The notes beneath the pieces are model-generated. The model was not told where the DNA came from. It was given only the letters and a program-made list of their open reading frames with translations, and ran no database searches. Below are positions 61,171 through 64,000 of a DNA stretch of 64,000 bases, piece by piece. The first letter of the stretch is position 1; each line of letters opens with the position of its first letter. The position numbers were made by a program, and so were the translations under genes. Source of the DNA: Dehalococcoidia bacterium (GTDB taxonomy: Bacteria; Chloroflexota; Dehalococcoidia; Plut-88900); NCBI GenBank assembly GCA_965207225.1, contig CBDBLV010000003.1:96001-160000 (forward strand), read 5' to 3'.

Positions 61171-62949
61171 CTACTCCGACTCTATGTGTATAAACCTCAG
61201 CTTCGATATCGGAAGCGGCGAGAGCACGTAGCCCTTGATGTGCGGCTTTATCAGCACGTACCGGTCACCTTCGTACCAGCGGGGGATCCAGGGCACGTCG
61301 CTGACTATCAGCTGCTCGGCTTCCTGGTAGAGCGCTATCCGGGTCTCGACGTCCTTCTCCGTCCGCGCCTGCTCTAGCAAACCGTCCACCTGTGAGTTGG
61401 AGTAGCCCGTATGGTTGTTGGCGCTCTCCGAATGGAACAGGATGTCCAGGAAGTTCTGCGGGTCCGGGTAGTCCGCCACCCACCCGAGGGTGAACATCTG
61501 GTACCGACGCCTGTCAACGTCGTTCAGGAACGTCGCAAACTCCGACTGCTGCACCTCCACGTTTACCCCCAGCAGCTCCTGCCACACGGCCAGGATGACC
61601 TCCGTGTCGAGACCCACCGCCCCTCCGCCCCCCGGCACCGACAGAATAATGGTCGGCAGTTCGGCCGCGGCCAGCCTCGAGGCCTCTGCGAGCGCAATCA
61701 GCCGGCTCTCGTCGTCCGTTGCTGCATCAGCCTGGGCAACGAAGCCCGCTACCTCGGGGATCGCCCGACCATAGCTCGAATCCGCCAGCGACCTCATGGC
61801 CGTCTCGATATCGTATCGAAGTCCCAGTAGGTTCTGGTTGTGGCCCGGGAACCCCGGCGGCAGGATGCCGTAAGCCGGCACCACCAGGTTCGAGAGCACG
61901 GCCTCCGCTATCAACTCCTTGTTGATGGCCAGAGCCAGTGCCTGCCGCACCTTTGGATCGTCGAATGGCGCCATCTGGGTGTTGAATCCGAAATAGCTGA
62001 CGCTGTAGTCCGGCGGCGCGATCTGGAGGTCCCGGTTGATGGGCTCGGTCGGGTCCAGGACTCGGTCGATGTCCGCAAGCCCCACGCCCGTGAAATCTAT
62101 CTCATCGTTCTCGTACATCGTCATCCCGACTCCCCCGCTCAGGATCAGGTTGACGGCGTTCAGGTGGGCCGGCTCCCGGTAGTAGAGGTCGTTCCTCTCC
62201 AGCCGGATCCTCTCCCCAATCTCCCATTCCGTCAGCCGGAACGGGCCCGTGGCGTTGGGTCTCGACGTCCAGTCGGCCCCCGACTCCACATTCTCCTGGT
62301 CAACCACGAATGCCGTCGGATACGTGAGCTTGGCCAGGAAATAAGGCTTCGGAGCATCGATGGTGATTTCCAGGGTGTAGTCGTCCAGCACCCGTATGCC
62401 GGTTACATTGTCGGCGGCGCCCCTCAGCTTCGCCGAAGCCCCGACTATGTCGTTCAAATAGAGGTCCGCAACCGTCGACTCCGTCCTCGGGTCCAGGGCC
62501 CGCTCCATGGAGTACTTGAAGTCGTGGGCCGTAACGTCCTTGCCGTCGTGGAACTTGACATCCTGTCGGAGATAGAACGTGAAAGTCCGTTCGTCGTTGC
62601 TGATGTCCCACCTCTCGGCGATGTCCGGGACGATATTGAGGTCCGGATCAATGGTCACTAGACCGCTGAACACCTCTATCACGACAAAAGCGGAACTGGT
62701 GTCCGAGGTCAGGGCAGGGTCGAGGGTCGGTGGATCTGAAAACAGACGCGTAAATTCGCCCCCCGACCCCGTGGAAGCGGAGTCGGTGGATTCCGCCGGA
62801 GCTTCGGATGGGGTGGTGGGGACTGGGGTGGGGGTCGGCTGGAGGGTGGGGCCCTCGTCACCGCCTCCGCAAGCGACTGCTACCAGCAGGGCAACAAGTG
62901 CAAGGGCCAGTGTTAACAATATGGTATTTCGACGCATTACTCTCCTCAT
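61171..62949 (-). CDS. OppA-type (SBP family 5) lipoprotein (start approximate)
   Basis: Lipobox AVAC; PPTLDP, TFYLRQDVKFHDG, TGPF, WVADYPDP. Confidence 0.93.
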   Translation of the reverse strand: MRRVMRRNTILLTLALALVALLVAVACGGGDEGPTLQPTPTPVPTTPSEAPAESTDSASTGSGGEFTRLFSDPPTLDPALTSDTSSAFVVIEVFSGLVTIDPDLNIVPDIAERWDISNDERTFTFYLRQDVKFHDGKDVTAHDFKYSMERALDPRTESTVADLYLNDIVGASAKLRGAADNVTGIRVLDDYTLEITIDAPKPYFLAKLTYPTAFVVDQENVESGADWTSRPNATGPFRLTEWEIGERIRLERNDLYYREPAHLNAVNLILSGGVGMTMYENDEIDFTGVGLADIDRVLDPTEPINRDLQIAPPDYSVSYFGFNTQMAPFDDPKVRQALALAINKELIAEAVLSNLVVPAYGILPPGFPGHNQNLLGLRYDIETAMRSLADSSYGRAIPEVAGFVAQADAATDDESRLIALAEASRLAAAELPTIILSVPGGGGAVGLDTEVILAVWQELLGVNVEVQQSEFATFLNDVDRRRYQMFTLGWVADYPDPQNFLDILFHSESANNHTGYSNSQVDGLLEQARTEKDVETRIALYQEAEQLIVSDVPWIPRWYEGDRYVLIKPHIKGYVLSPLPISKLRFIHIESE

Positions 62950-63120
62950 CACGTCAAGCACGAGACTGGGGGTCCCGCTGTTTGGCTATAGTAGCCACAA
63001 GGATATTCGGTATCAAGGTTAGTGGCTTCAAGTAAATAAACGCACAACGCCAGGGAAAGTTACCTCGACTGTAGAGGTAGAACGAACCCCCTTAACCACC
63101 CTACCCCCCGACCCCCCTCC

Positions 63121-63308
63121 CATTCCGATGCCCCGCGAGGAATCTAACGCGCCAGCCCACCAAGCACCCCCATCATCCCCGCCCACCCTATGCCGTCATT
63201 CCTGCGGAGGCAGGAATCCATCCCTCCTGAATAATCACCTCCAACTCCGCAACTCACCCCACCCCCGACTCCACACATTCCCACTCCGAGACCCCGCGAG
63301 GAATCTAA
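63121..63308. repeat. Cluster of REP-like palindromes
   Basis: CCCCGCGAGGAATCTAA twice (about 63131 and 63292) and CGTCATTCCTGCGGAGGCAGGAATCC at 63194. Confidence 0.6.
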
Positions 63309-63330
63309 GGCGTCTCTGCCACTAAGCGCT

Positions 63331-63681
63331 CTAGTCCAAGATCAGAGCTATGATCTGAACGATGACACTCGCGAAGGCAAGCACACCCGTGATCGTGGCT
63401 ATGGATACTGCGAACCAGTTTTTCTTAAGCCAGACTCTCTTAGGATATTTGAGCTGCTCTAAATAATTAAGCCCTTTAAGAGTTGTACGGGCATTGTCTG
63501 GGTCTACATATCCTGCGCGGCTCAAGAGATAGAAGGCATACTCATGCTGGAATCGCACAAAGGCCTTGAAATGCACCTCTGTCGCAGCGTCCAGAACCTT
63601 TATCATCTCCTCTTTAAGCTGGTTATTTATACCGCTCACCCGCAACATTCTCCACTCAATTTTCTGGCCAATGTGAATCAA
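63331..63681 (-). CDS. AT-rich hypothetical protein with C-terminal TM
   Basis: TLKGLNYLEQLK..NWFAVSIATITGVLA. Confidence 0.5.
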   Translation of the reverse strand: MIHIGQKIEWRMLRVSGINNQLKEEMIKVLDAATEVHFKAFVRFQHEYAFYLLSRAGYVDPDNARTTLKGLNYLEQLKYPKRVWLKKNWFAVSIATITGVLAFASVIVQIIALILD

Positions 63682-63967
63682 GATTTTGAACTACCGCGCG
63701 AAAACCCTCTAACGCGTCGTTTTTCTTGGAAGACTCCTCAGCAGAGTCATTCCTGGCTTCACCTATTTCAGTATCTTGAAATATTGACACAAGGAATAAT
63801 GTGGTCTCAGCCTCGCGAAGTTTAGGTAGCACGAAACTCCTAACCCCTGCACCTGTAACCTTATCTAAAGTTTGCAGAGAGTAAGTCAAGGCCATCATCA
63901 ATGCCGTGACTTGCCCATCCAAATACCCTATACGGTCCAAGTTATCGGCCGTTGACTTAACCAGCAT
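63656..63967 (-). CDS. AT-rich hypothetical protein
   Basis: ORF only. Confidence 0.4.
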   Translation of the reverse strand: MLVKSTADNLDRIGYLDGQVTALMMALTYSLQTLDKVTGAGVRSFVLPKLREAETTLFLVSIFQDTEIGEARNDSAEESSKKNDALEGFRAVVQNLDSHWPEN

Positions 63968-64000
63968 TTTATTTGTTTCTATGAGTTTCCTTATGACTTC

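Overview
GC-rich bacterial window. The gene content (lipoproteins with PTATP linkers, several CaiB/BaiF CoA-transferases, cyclases, a Uma2 nuclease, a giant Calx-beta adhesin) suggests Chloroflexota/Dehalococcoidia (SAR202-like), possibly host-associated; this is inference. 1-18.7 kb is accessory DNA: a Uma2 gene, a 3133-aa repeat surface protein, and a 7.5-kb segment bounded by 39-bp direct repeats ending in a tRNA-Ser-like 3' end, with a dead P4-type integrase and an iron/B12 ABC system. Next come a molybdopterin oxidoreductase operon, sucCD, and tRNA-Ala with a 3-kb mini-island carrying two 22-aa-repeat proteins. The rest holds a CIRCE-controlled fmdB-dtd operon, catabolic enzymes, a cyclase-thiD operon, peptidases and a peptide ABC operon with an unusual permease and an inserted toxin-like gene pair. 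Best finding: a ferredoxin:thioredoxin reductase catalytic subunit split in the ORF track (53624-54055). Both redox-active cysteines are in-frame TGA codons, each followed 13 nt later by a SECIS-like hairpin, so it is a candidate diselenide FTR.
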